DNA of 64,000 bases, taken from IMG/VR virus record IMGVR_UViG_3300044645_002359, positions 124,001-188,000 of that record; one strand, written 5' to 3'. How positions within the stretch are numbered: the stretch's first letter is position 1; every line of letters starts with the position of its first letter. The notes beneath the pieces were generated by a model that searched no databases, was not told the DNA's origin, and saw nothing but the letters and a program-made list of their open reading frames with translations. Below, one piece after another: positions 19,039 to 28,729 of the stretch. A program made the translations under genes and the position numbers.

Positions 19039-21876
19039 ATGACAGAGATTAAGCCCACATTCAACGTAGAAGAGTTTGAAAATTACGGAAACACAAACTT
19101 TTTCCTGACCGCCGACCAATTAAACTCAGTAGCCCTAACAGAGAGTAGAGTAAATGAGCAACTTGATTGGCTGGCACAATTGCTCGGGTGGAGCGGTCCT
19201 AACTACTGGAACAATCTTGTTTCGTCTGTTTCTCAGAAGAGGGGTCTACAAACCGGCACTTTCGGTGTGTATGACGGATATCTGTACCCCGAGATAGTTG
19301 AGGTCCGAAACTGGGAAAACAAAGTAATTGTGAAGGCAGACACGAGAATTCAGGTTGGTCAAACTTTCTACTTAGGAGATTACTCATACATCCTGTTGGG
19401 AATGAGCCAAGCTGGGGGGAATTACAGCTTGGACTTTGGAACTTTAACTGAGCAATTTTACACCGATCTTTCCGGAAATGAGCAGCTCAAAGTAATCGCC
19501 CCGAAATCTCTTCCAAGCCCCTTCTACCGCCCAGAGCCAGGAGTATCAGCTAACGCCTCTTTTATTTGCGAGATTCAAGGTTCCAATCTCGTTTTGTTCC
19601 CCGACTATAACACCGAAAGAACACTACCCTACAAGTTTAACACTTTCGTTGCCGGAGGTAGATACTACTTTAACCTGCCTGTAACTCTCAGCAGTGATAC
19701 GGTATCGCTTTCGCCTGCATACGACTTTTCCAGAGAACTATGGTACCTTAACATCCCTCTTAACTTGACAACAGATGAGTTAGGTTTGGAGGGTGCTCTT
19801 TCCTATGAAGGTTCAACTTTATTGGTTAGGGTATCTCCTTGGACGAACCCCTCAGATTGGGGAAATTATGATAAAATAAATAACTTCCGAGGGGTTTGGT
19901 CGAACAAGGGAGGTAAGTTGCCTTTTCACTTCGTCTTCGACGCTCTTAGCATACATGGATTCAACGAAAGAGTTTCTCTTTGGTTGGGCAACGTTGAAAG
20001 ATCAATAAAGTTTGATGAGCTCCTTGACTTCGTATACTATCAGACGGTTCCAATATCACCTGGAGAGCCAGATTTAGGGTACGGTAAAGTATGGTGGAAC
20101 AGCCAATCCGGAAGTTTTTCGGTCTTTCTAGGGGATCCATTAAATTGCGGTCCGTGGGCTGAAGTGAACTACCCAGAGTTCCCTGAATTTGGACCCTTTC
20201 CTGACTTCGTTTTCCCGGATGTTTCAAGCTTTTCAACCTATACCGGAGATATACCAGAAGGGTGTCTTGTTACAATTTTAGACTTGTCAGGTTTGGACCC
20301 TTCCTTGGGAATTGAGGGTTTAACGCAGACTTTACTTGGTCCAGGACAGATAGAGATGTTCAGAAAAGAAAGTTCCGAATATTGGACACCTTATTTCATA
20401 GCATTCAACTTAGAAAGTGACTTTTCAGTGAACGCTGAGCTCTTGCCTTCTAGAACGCCTGTGAAACTCTTAGATTCCACGGGTTTGTCTCCCACAGGTG
20501 TTAATTATTCTGTTTCCAACCTGAGCCTTGCTGTGTCTGAGTCCTACCCTCTTCTCCTTATGAAGGGTACTTCCGAGGGCTCTTGGTACATATCTCCCCC
20601 TTCAGACCTCAAATATATCGGAAATACGAGACTATTCGAAAGTTCTCAAGACTACGAAAAACCGGTCGACGGGGAGATGAACTGGGACTTTTCAAACCCA
20701 GATCCAAAAACAAGACTTGCACGAGTTTTTTACTACAACCGCTGGGAACAAGACCTATTAACGAGCGAATGGACATTAGCAGGGGACTGGGTTGGGGTGA
20801 ATGATGGGACATCTTCTTCGTCGGTTCCAGAGGTTGTAGACTTTGGAGCCATACTAGTTTACTGTAACGGGGAACTTCTCTCAGAAGGGGAATCCCTTAG
20901 ACTACCAAATTTTCAGTTTAGTTTTGAAGTGGACCCCGGTACAGGGATTTTCAATTTCCTGTATGTGCCCTTGAACTACAACGGCTGCGTAAATCTACCG
21001 AAAATAACCGTATCGGACTCACTAACTTCTGCGTTTAAGTTCGATATCTCTAACCTGGTGTTCAGCGGTTTAACTTACTACATGTCACCAAATGTAGTAG
21101 ACAGCGAAACTCTACTTAGGTTGTGGAAAAGTGAGCCACTTCACGTTGTTGATTCAATCAGTGAGCTTGAACTCTTAAGAAACTCTAACCCCTTGAGAGC
21201 AGATGTGAACCAAGGTCCTGGTGACATAAACTGGGAGAGATACTTCGTGCGTCTTCCTCCCGCTTATGGGAGAAATGGAAAAGAATGGCAAAAGGTTAAC
21301 CTTATATGCCAGGACTTCGGTTACTGGGGTTCTTCTATAAGTCCCGAGAAAATGGCTTGTCCCTCTGAGCTAGCAGAGCCTAGAATCTACGAACAGGTAG
21401 TTCTTTACGGAGAAAGAGTAGACTCTCCTTCTTACTTATATTCTGAGCCTTACTTATACTCAGACGTTATGTATGACTTTGGAAATTCAGGCGACTACAA
21501 CAATTCAGATATTGTCCCTGGCTTCGACAGGCCCTATGACGACTTTGACGAAGCAGAGCTTGTGAATTACAACCCTTTGCATAACCGCCAAGCAAATACT
21601 TCCTCCACAGGTACTGGCTACGGGGATTGGGAAGGAATTTACCTGCGCTCTCAAGCTTGCTCAAGTCTGAGTGGTTTCCTCGTTAACGATCTAAGCGACG
21701 GTTCTTTAGAGTCTTTACCGGCACCTGTGTGGGATGCAAGTATTTATAAGTGCCCCCCTCTCTGTATAGACGGGAAGGCATCGTCTACAGTCGACTCAAA
21801 TCATTTCAAGATAGGGTACTCTTTCTTCGCCGCCGATCTTTCAGCCGCAGAAGAAGGGTGTTTTGACTTTGAGTAG
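19039..21876 (+). CDS. Large putative baseplate/tail structural protein
   Basis: 945 aa; LDWLAQLLGW motif resembles P2 gpI-like wedge proteins; operon context. Confidence 0.5.
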   Translation: MTEIKPTFNVEEFENYGNTNFFLTADQLNSVALTESRVNEQLDWLAQLLGWSGPNYWNNLVSSVSQKRGLQTGTFGVYDGYLYPEIVEVRNWENKVIVKADTRIQVGQTFYLGDYSYILLGMSQAGGNYSLDFGTLTEQFYTDLSGNEQLKVIAPKSLPSPFYRPEPGVSANASFICEIQGSNLVLFPDYNTERTLPYKFNTFVAGGRYYFNLPVTLSSDTVSLSPAYDFSRELWYLNIPLNLTTDELGLEGALSYEGSTLLVRVSPWTNPSDWGNYDKINNFRGVWSNKGGKLPFHFVFDALSIHGFNERVSLWLGNVERSIKFDELLDFVYYQTVPISPGEPDLGYGKVWWNSQSGSFSVFLGDPLNCGPWAEVNYPEFPEFGPFPDFVFPDVSSFSTYTGDIPEGCLVTILDLSGLDPSLGIEGLTQTLLGPGQIEMFRKESSEYWTPYFIAFNLESDFSVNAELLPSRTPVKLLDSTGLSPTGVNYSVSNLSLAVSESYPLLLMKGTSEGSWYISPPSDLKYIGNTRLFESSQDYEKPVDGEMNWDFSNPDPKTRLARVFYYNRWEQDLLTSEWTLAGDWVGVNDGTSSSSVPEVVDFGAILVYCNGELLSEGESLRLPNFQFSFEVDPGTGIFNFLYVPLNYNGCVNLPKITVSDSLTSAFKFDISNLVFSGLTYYMSPNVVDSETLLRLWKSEPLHVVDSISELELLRNSNPLRADVNQGPGDINWERYFVRLPPAYGRNGKEWQKVNLICQDFGYWGSSISPEKMACPSELAEPRIYEQVVLYGERVDSPSYLYSEPYLYSDVMYDFGNSGDYNNSDIVPGFDRPYDDFDEAELVNYNPLHNRQANTSSTGTGYGDWEGIYLRSQACSSLSGFLVNDLSDGSLESLPAPVWDASIYKCPPLCIDGKASSTVDSNHFKIGYSFFAADLSAAEEGCFDFE

Positions 21877-21907
21877 GCGGGTAAAATTCTTTAGCTAAGA
21901 AACTAAA

Positions 21908-22210
21908 ATGACAACGAGAAAGAAAAAAGTGTTTTCCGACATTGAGAGTCTAGAACAAGGCTTAACAGAAGAGATTCTTGAAGAAAGTTTTTCATTACCC
22001 TCCTTAGAAGATTTCTCGGAGACCCCTGTAGAAAAGGAAGAGGAGCCAGAACCTATTGAAAAGGTGAAGGAAGTAACCGAAGAAGTGAAAGCTGAGGTTA
22101 TTGAACAAGAACCCGAAGGGCAACCTGTTCAAGTGAGACCGAGACCGGCTGCTCCAGCTAAACGGATCCCTTCCAAAAACACTCCGAAACTTTCTGCTAA
22201 ACTTAGGTAA
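21908..22210 (+). CDS. Small acidic hypothetical protein
   Basis: 100 aa Glu/Pro-rich ORF after a GGGTAAA motif. Confidence 0.6.
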   Translation: MTTRKKKVFSDIESLEQGLTEEILEESFSLPSLEDFSETPVEKEEEPEPIEKVKEVTEEVKAEVIEQEPEGQPVQVRPRPAAPAKRIPSKNTPKLSAKLR

Positions 22211-22213
22211 ACT

Positions 22214-23410
22214 ATGAGCCACAGCCTTAGGAACCAACCCTGGATCCGCCAACAGGCGGAGATGATGAAGGCACACGAAGCGAATGCAAGATATGCTGGT
22301 TCACCACGAGGTACAGTCCGAGGTACGATCGTAAGTGTCGACGATCCAGAGGATCTAGGAAGGGTCAAAGTTTTGTTTGATGCTATGAATCCGAAAGATC
22401 TTCCGCCCGTAGAAGGTGCTGGCGAATTCTCTCTGCCCCGTCCTGGAGAATCAAACAACTTCTCTCATTGGCTAGACGTATCTCCTGCATTCAAGGGAAA
22501 GCAGCCGAAATCCCTTGAGGGGAAAAGGGTTAATATAGCTTTGAGTAACGGTGAATATCATTACGCTGTACTCCAAGACGTTCTTTACGACCCCCAGAAT
22601 CTGACTGAAAGTTCGCAAAGAAACTACGAAATTCCTAGCAACAGTACAATGACACGCTTACCTGTGTATGAGGCAGGATCACTGCCCCTTGCTTGTAAGG
22701 AAAACCATGGGTGTTCAGTCATAGAAGAAGGCGGTCCGATGAACTCAGACTGGGTTTGCGTTTGTCTTAAGAGGGACGGTAAATACATTTGGGTTCGCCA
22801 CGCCGACTTGGCGCATGGGCATGCCGGAGGCAACGATGTAACCTCCCAAGTGGATTCTTCGGGAAATCGGGCAAGTCCTGGGCAAATGGCAGCGACTTAC
22901 GATCACGTTTTCGTAACTAGCCACCAGGAGATGAAAAAAGAAGGAAGAACAGGGTATTCAACTGCTCCGGCAGGCAACCCTTGGGGTGTAGATTGCCGCT
23001 GGACCCCTGCCCCAGGAAGCGAAGCTAAGGCTCTTGACTTCGTGGAAGGCCCACTGTTCAGCCAAGACACTGCTCTGACGTATGCGAGAAATTCAGGGTT
23101 CATAGACAATATAACAGGGTCATTCATAACTACCTACGCGCCGGAAATATCGGCAGTGGTGGAAAGCGTTCCTGGTTCTACTTTCGTTCAAAGGGCGGTA
23201 AAGGAAGCTCAAAAGGTTCTGAAAATAGCAGAGAATTTAAGAAAGATAATAGCAAATCCTACTTCTTTTGTTATCAGCGCGGCGGAAAGTTCTCTCTCTT
23301 CTTACGCCCCTGGTGCAACGAAGTTCGTTCTTTCAACGCTTCAGAACCCTGCTGCGACAATAAAAACTGTTTTCTCGAAACTACCTTCATTACCCAATCC
23401 ATTCAAATGA
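22214..23410 (+). CDS. Baseplate central spike (gp5/GpV OB-fold) protein
   Basis: GTVRGTIVSVDDPEDLGRVKVLF OB-fold signature; HGH motif. Confidence 0.72.
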   Translation: MSHSLRNQPWIRQQAEMMKAHEANARYAGSPRGTVRGTIVSVDDPEDLGRVKVLFDAMNPKDLPPVEGAGEFSLPRPGESNNFSHWLDVSPAFKGKQPKSLEGKRVNIALSNGEYHYAVLQDVLYDPQNLTESSQRNYEIPSNSTMTRLPVYEAGSLPLACKENHGCSVIEEGGPMNSDWVCVCLKRDGKYIWVRHADLAHGHAGGNDVTSQVDSSGNRASPGQMAATYDHVFVTSHQEMKKEGRTGYSTAPAGNPWGVDCRWTPAPGSEAKALDFVEGPLFSQDTALTYARNSGFIDNITGSFITTYAPEISAVVESVPGSTFVQRAVKEAQKVLKIAENLRKIIANPTSFVISAAESSLSSYAPGATKFVLSTLQNPAATIKTVFSKLPSLPNPFK

Positions 23411-23778
23411 CTTTTACAGAAGATTACGACCCTGGTTTCATAAATTCACCTGGTTTTGGTCAAAGTGCTACAAATCCTTTGGCTCCCGTTTTCTACCAAT
23501 CTTTGGGAGTTGTTGAGAGCTTGTCTGTTTATGACTCCATCTACGCAGCAAACTCTATAAAAGCCAACGTTTCCTTTTCCATCGGGAATAGTTTGTTGTC
23601 CCAAAGGGGTTTCACGGTTGCGGTTCCTACAACTTTCCTGGATACCGTGACTTGCGACAAAGATGTAAGAGTTAATGCAATAACCAACACAGACAGGTTA
23701 ATAGTTGATGGGAAGGAGTATAGAGAAGGAGTTATTGTTGGAAGGAACGGAACTTTTCGTGTTTTGGTGCAAATCTAA
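23407..23778 (+). CDS. Hypothetical structural protein
   Basis: 123 aa ORF coupled to spike gene. Confidence 0.5.
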   Translation: MTFTEDYDPGFINSPGFGQSATNPLAPVFYQSLGVVESLSVYDSIYAANSIKANVSFSIGNSLLSQRGFTVAVPTTFLDTVTCDKDVRVNAITNTDRLIVDGKEYREGVIVGRNGTFRVLVQI

Positions 23779-24188
23779 TGGCAATTCGTCGACCTTCAGT
23801 TTATCGTCAGCGAGAATTCGTTTTTCAAGACTTTTTCTTCTTTCAAGACGGGGAGTCTCAACTTCGCTATATTCTCGGTAAGTATGACGGGGAGCCTTAC
23901 GAGGTTGTTCCGCAAACTTTTGACTACCCTACCCCTGAGTTTAAGGGAGGGGATATAGTTTCCCGTATTGACTACACGATAACGGGTAAGTTAATAACAA
24001 TAGACAATTGGGAAGTGAATTGGAGGGATGAATGGCCTCTTCGGCTGGCTCTTCAGTTTTTGCTCAATTGCCTCTATCCTTCAGCTCTAGGGTACTCCGT
24101 AAGAGTTCAAAAAGATACCTACCCCTTCTGGGTGTCGGAAACTTTGTTCCCGTTGACGAACGACCCTAACGACTACCTCTTGCACTAA
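23778..24188 (+). CDS. Hypothetical protein
   Basis: 136 aa ORF, TAATG coupling. Confidence 0.55.
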   Translation: MAIRRPSVYRQREFVFQDFFFFQDGESQLRYILGKYDGEPYEVVPQTFDYPTPEFKGGDIVSRIDYTITGKLITIDNWEVNWRDEWPLRLALQFLLNCLYPSALGYSVRVQKDTYPFWVSETLFPLTNDPNDYLLH

Positions 24189-24194
24189 TTTTTC

Positions 24195-25274
24195 ATGGCC
24201 ATCCCTAAGATAAAAGAAGCCATCTTGTCAACGCCGAAGACAGTAGTTCTGTACTTTGACAGCCCCATTGACACCCGAATTAGTGTTCCAGTGAACAGTT
24301 TCACTGTGAACTATGGTCAGTTCGGGGTTGTAACCATTGTATACTCTTCGGACACGATGGTTTCTCTAGGGTTGGATAGTAGCCTCTCTCCTTGGGACGA
24401 AGTTTTCGTTTCCTATGAACCGCCGTTGGATCTGAACGCCTGTATGAGGGGACCCATACCTCCTTCCGCTAACGATGTTGTTAAGAAAAGAAACGCCGTT
24501 AGAGCTTTTTATCGAGTAGCAGTTAGAAACTCTTTAGCGCCCGACGAGCGAACGGACGGTTCCCGTGAAGGGTCGAACCTTGGGCAAACAATCGGGGGTT
24601 ACGGCTTCCCCTATCAGAATCGGTCTGGGGTTCTAACCGAACATAAATCCGACCCACGGAGTGCCTCTCCGGACGACTTCATAATTGCTTACGGGCTTAA
24701 AGAAGCAATTCAGCTCACAAACATAGACGACGCAAGCGCAAACTCGGTGAATGTCGCTAAAATGAGGATGGCGCTTGAGGATGCAAATTCTCTAATTGAC
24801 TCATACATCGAGCAATCAGGTAAAGCGGGAAGGGTTCTAATAACAAGCAACCGCCGCCGAACTGCTTTAATTATAGCAAGATATTACCTAGACAATGTTC
24901 GAAGAAGAGAAGATGTATACAAAGATTATGTAGAATCTCTAAAACAGCTTGACGCTGAACGCGAAATGACTGCTATTCGAGCAGGGCATGGAGATTCGGC
25001 GATAGACACGAAGAGAGGAATTATGCGTTCCTGGCGCATCCCTCAAAGATATAATGGTGTGTCCGGTAAAGGTCTCAGCGGTTGGACAACGGATACAGCT
25101 GGGGATCAAGCACCAGACTACCGTTTAGGTTACGGTGCGGTAGGGCAAAACAACGATCAAGAAAATTGGATTTCCGCCCGAAACTACGAAGACTTGGGAG
25201 GTACTCCTCAAATCACAGCACCTAGTGATGCGGGTGGTTACTTCATTAACGGCTCCGACCAAACTTTCCCTTAA
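24195..25274 (+). CDS. Head-tail adaptor (Mu gp36/DUF1320-like) with N-terminal Ig-like (SwmB-like) domain
   Basis: FIIAYGLKEAIQLT...ALEDANSLIDSYI...IARYYLD...YKDYVESLKQL; N-terminal VVLYFDSPI...NSFTVN...VFVSYEPP. Confidence 0.7.
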   Translation: MAIPKIKEAILSTPKTVVLYFDSPIDTRISVPVNSFTVNYGQFGVVTIVYSSDTMVSLGLDSSLSPWDEVFVSYEPPLDLNACMRGPIPPSANDVVKKRNAVRAFYRVAVRNSLAPDERTDGSREGSNLGQTIGGYGFPYQNRSGVLTEHKSDPRSASPDDFIIAYGLKEAIQLTNIDDASANSVNVAKMRMALEDANSLIDSYIEQSGKAGRVLITSNRRRTALIIARYYLDNVRRREDVYKDYVESLKQLDAEREMTAIRAGHGDSAIDTKRGIMRSWRIPQRYNGVSGKGLSGWTTDTAGDQAPDYRLGYGAVGQNNDQENWISARNYEDLGGTPQITAPSDAGGYFINGSDQTFP

Positions 25275-25279
25275 ACTAA

Positions 25280-26503
25280 ATGGAACTAAATTCCTTAACG
25301 CGCATCGAGCAATTTCTCTGTGACTCTTTAATAGCTTCTCCTTTAATCCCCCTGGGCGTAAATGTTTTACGTTTGGCAGACGCAGTTGAAAATGAGGGGG
25401 TAGTTACCCAGACAAATAATATTGTTGTTCGCTATGTGAATTCTACGAGCAATGTGAAAAATAGAGTACCGTTCATCTATGAGGACTCTCTGAACTTTGA
25501 GCTAAACTTTTCGTGCCAGAATTACTTGACAAGTTCCGGTCACGACTTTGCAACTCAACTTCTCATGGGTGCAAAAATCACTCTGTCTGGGAGTGCACCC
25601 TCGGGTGCGTATGTACAAGTCCTGCAACCTTTCAGCTGCTCCTCTTCTCAATTCACCGGAATAAGCGAAGAATCCCAGTACACCTACACACAGAACTGGA
25701 CCGTAACAATTGAGGAAACATTGCCTTACATTGCTCTGGATCCCTGTGTTCAACGAGGTGATTGTCGGCAAATATTTCCAAGTCGAAACGTTGCAACAAC
25801 GCTGCCTTTGGCAGGTGTGCTAGATGAGGCGTCGGGTAGCATATACATTCCGTGGTGGCCTGGCACGAATGAGCTTGAAGCTGCCTTCACCGAAGCCCTC
25901 GGAGTTCGTTGGAGTGAAGAACTTACACAGTCCGGAGATTGGGTTTACGTTTGCGCCCCTGATGAAGTTTTTATTGAGGACCCTCTTAATCAACCTATCT
26001 ATTTACTGAGCAATAACAACTATACGGAGGACGGTCGCTTAGTTGTTACAGTTTGGGATGCTATTACGAAAGAGCCAATTAAAGAAGTCTTTTACGTTGA
26101 CTCTGGCAAAAAACTTGCTCGTTATGCTGTTGAACTTTGGAGGAACACGGTTCTAGGGTCTCTTGGAGGTGTAATCGATCCGATGAGTGTGAAGGACGCT
26201 TCATGGACTTCGGGTATTACTATTGGAGAATTTGCGGTGGTAAGAGGTGCAAATCAGACACTTTTCACAGATCCTCTTGACCCGAACGGAAAAATGCAAA
26301 CGTTGATGGGAGGAACCTTAATCGGCGTGAAACCCGACACCTTCATTCAAACCCCGAAAGGCAGATTCTACTTTGTCGGACAGTCTCCACAGGGTAAAGG
26401 TTGGTTGATACAAGACTCCTTTGAGCTTGCTTCGATTAATTCCCTTTGGAAACTCGGCTGCAATCCTTGCGAGGGCGGACCGAATCCCCCTAGCCTTTGT
26501 TAA
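25280..26503 (+). CDS. Putative tail terminator/neck protein (Mu gp37-like N-terminus) with extension
   Basis: LTRIEQFLCDSL N-terminus; follows the gp36-like gene as in Mu. Confidence 0.45.
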   Translation: MELNSLTRIEQFLCDSLIASPLIPLGVNVLRLADAVENEGVVTQTNNIVVRYVNSTSNVKNRVPFIYEDSLNFELNFSCQNYLTSSGHDFATQLLMGAKITLSGSAPSGAYVQVLQPFSCSSSQFTGISEESQYTYTQNWTVTIEETLPYIALDPCVQRGDCRQIFPSRNVATTLPLAGVLDEASGSIYIPWWPGTNELEAAFTEALGVRWSEELTQSGDWVYVCAPDEVFIEDPLNQPIYLLSNNNYTEDGRLVVTVWDAITKEPIKEVFYVDSGKKLARYAVELWRNTVLGSLGGVIDPMSVKDASWTSGITIGEFAVVRGANQTLFTDPLDPNGKMQTLMGGTLIGVKPDTFIQTPKGRFYFVGQSPQGKGWLIQDSFELASINSLWKLGCNPCEGGPNPPSLC

Positions 26504-26505
26504 CC

Positions 26506-26658
26506 ATGGCGACTCCAGCACAATTATGGGCCCAGTACGACGTTGCTGTTAAGTCCAATAACATGCCTCTAGCACAAGCAATCTTGAAACAATTACAAAA
26601 CTTTAAGAGCTACCCTGCTGTAAAAACAGGGTGCTCACGATGCAGAAAAACACTATGA
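26506..26658 (+). CDS. 50 aa hypothetical protein with CxxC (not in ORF track)
   Basis: MATPAQLWAQYDVAVKSNNMPLAQAILKQLQNFKSYPAVKTGCSRCRKTL fills the gap; its TGA overlaps the next ATG. Confidence 0.6.
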   Translation: MATPAQLWAQYDVAVKSNNMPLAQAILKQLQNFKSYPAVKTGCSRCRKTL

Positions 26659-26927
26659 CAAGCCCCAACGAAAAAATTCTAAAACAGAAAGAATCACTTG
26701 CAGCAGCAGCTTTACAGGTTGCAGAAGATGCTCTTGAACTCCTGCAAGGTCAACTGGAGGAGTGCAGCACTCGCGACCTTGTTACCGTTTTTAACTCGGC
26801 TGTGAAAGCCCACCGCGAAATCGTTTCCGACATTGTAAGTCTAACTGATTCTGAAAGCAAGCAGGAAAAGGTCTTAGCTAAAGAGTACAATACGACACTA
26901 GAAAAGTTATTGAAAAATCTAGAGTGA
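26655..26927 (+). CDS. Putative terminase small subunit
   Basis: 90 aa helical protein immediately upstream of TerL; ATGA coupling supports start at 26655. Confidence 0.45.
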   Translation: MTSPNEKILKQKESLAAAALQVAEDALELLQGQLEECSTRDLVTVFNSAVKAHREIVSDIVSLTDSESKQEKVLAKEYNTTLEKLLKNLE

Positions 26928-26947
26928 AACAACGAGTTTTAAATTAA

Positions 26948-28711
26948 ATGACCTTTCAACACCCCTCTATAACACATGCTTCTCAACTTGACGAAAAGTC
27001 ACGGTGGAGAAAGTATAAAAGAGGGATTCGAGAACTTGAGCTTCTTGAGGCCCCTAAATCCGTAATTCAAGAATTTAAGTACAAAGCAGCGAGAGATTGT
27101 TTCCTAGCCTTCTGCGACATCATGAAAAACGGGGACTTAAAAGTTGCCCCATTTCATGAAATCATAGCCAGCGCTTTTGAAGATCTTTTTGAACGAAGGT
27201 ACAGACGTCTCATTATATCGTGCCCTCCGCGTTCGGGGAAATCTATGCTTTCTACGATGTTTTTAGCGTGGCTGTTGGGTAAGGACGAAAGGACTCAGCA
27301 TATCTTGGCTTCTTACGGTGCCACGCTGTCTCAAAAATTCCACAGAGAAGCTGTGGTAATGATGAAAACCCCTTCCTATAAAAAGATCTTTCCTGAATTT
27401 TCTGGATTCAACCGGGATTCTAAATATGACTTAATAGGAGGTGGCTACATACTTGCGACTTCTGTGGGGGGTATTCTCACAGGTTTCACTTCTGGGACAA
27501 TTGATATGGACTCAGTAGGTATTGGAGCGGCTTTGATCGACGATCCACTAAAGTCTTCGGATTCGAAAGCAGCCCTAGACAACTTAGAAAGTTGGTGGGC
27601 AGAGCAAATGTCTACTAGAAGAACAAACCACTACGCTCAAGTTATCATTGCAACTCGCTTCCATGAGAAAGACCTTCACGGGGTGTTACTTGATGGGGAT
27701 GGACTCTATGACCCTGGGGAGAACCCGTTCGGATGGAGATGGATCAACATCGCAGGACTTTGTGAGGACCCTGAAAACGACCCTCTAGGTAGACAACTTG
27801 GAGAGAGCCATTGGCCGGAAAATTCTGCCTTCTCTGTGCCTATGCTTGAGTCCCAGAAAAAGATCATGGGCAGCTTTAAGTTTGCCGCTCTATACCAAGG
27901 AGTCCCTGTAGCTTCCGAAGGGCAGATCGTAAAAAGCAGCTGGGTTGAGATCATTGAAGAGGAAGAATGCCCCGACCTGGATGTTGTATGGTTCGGAGTT
28001 GACTGTGCCTTTTCAGAAAGGGAGATGGCTGACGAAAGTGCGATCTGCGTGGCTGGGATAAGTACTCGGACACCGGACATTGTTTACATTCGAGACATTG
28101 TGAAAGGTAAATGGGGCTTTCCGGACTTAATTGAGTCAGTGAAGCAACAGTACGCCTATTACAAAGCGAAAGTTCTTTGCATTGAAAAAGCAGCGTCGGG
28201 GCACTCTCTCATTCAAATGCTAAAGAGGGAAGCCAGGATCCCAATCGAAGAAATGCGTCCCTTAAAGTCGAAAACCACTCGCCTTCAGGCAGTCTGCCCT
28301 TTACTTGAGAACAGCCGCGTTAAACTAGTAAGGGGTCTATGGACCGATGCGTTCGTAAAAGAGTTGACCTCTTTCCCCTACGTAAGGCACGAAGACAGTC
28401 TCGACGCGATGGTCTGGGCGCTGACCTACTACTCTCTCAAACTTGATACCATCGACAGAGGGATTCAAGAGTCAATCGTTCAAAACCGAAAGTGGAGTGG
28501 CGATCTTCGCAGAGCCGCTTTTAGTGACGGCGCTTCTTACGGAAACCTGTTTGAGGATAAGGGCAGTGCCCTTGGCGGGCGTAGAATGCCTGGCGACGGT
28601 AGTTTAAACGACCCTGACTTTCAGTCTGCTAACACTCCGGATCAAGGTCTCTTCAGGGGCGGCAGGAGCAGAAACCTTCGCAGTGGGTCTGGATACAACC
28701 TTTGGAATTGA
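26948..28711 (+). CDS. Terminase large subunit
   Basis: Walker A PPRSGKS, Walker B LIDDP, ATRFHEKDL, ALYQGVP, nuclease GVDCAF...DESA, IEKAASG, HEDSLDA. Confidence 0.93.
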   Translation: MTFQHPSITHASQLDEKSRWRKYKRGIRELELLEAPKSVIQEFKYKAARDCFLAFCDIMKNGDLKVAPFHEIIASAFEDLFERRYRRLIISCPPRSGKSMLSTMFLAWLLGKDERTQHILASYGATLSQKFHREAVVMMKTPSYKKIFPEFSGFNRDSKYDLIGGGYILATSVGGILTGFTSGTIDMDSVGIGAALIDDPLKSSDSKAALDNLESWWAEQMSTRRTNHYAQVIIATRFHEKDLHGVLLDGDGLYDPGENPFGWRWINIAGLCEDPENDPLGRQLGESHWPENSAFSVPMLESQKKIMGSFKFAALYQGVPVASEGQIVKSSWVEIIEEEECPDLDVVWFGVDCAFSEREMADESAICVAGISTRTPDIVYIRDIVKGKWGFPDLIESVKQQYAYYKAKVLCIEKAASGHSLIQMLKREARIPIEEMRPLKSKTTRLQAVCPLLENSRVKLVRGLWTDAFVKELTSFPYVRHEDSLDAMVWALTYYSLKLDTIDRGIQESIVQNRKWSGDLRRAAFSDGASYGNLFEDKGSALGGRRMPGDGSLNDPDFQSANTPDQGLFRGGRSRNLRSGSGYNLWN

Positions 28712-28729
28712 CAAATTTACTTTACTAAA

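Noticed and set aside
32-26503. Extracellular contractile injection system or tailocin
   Set aside because: Portal, protease, MCP and terminase are present, so it is a phage.
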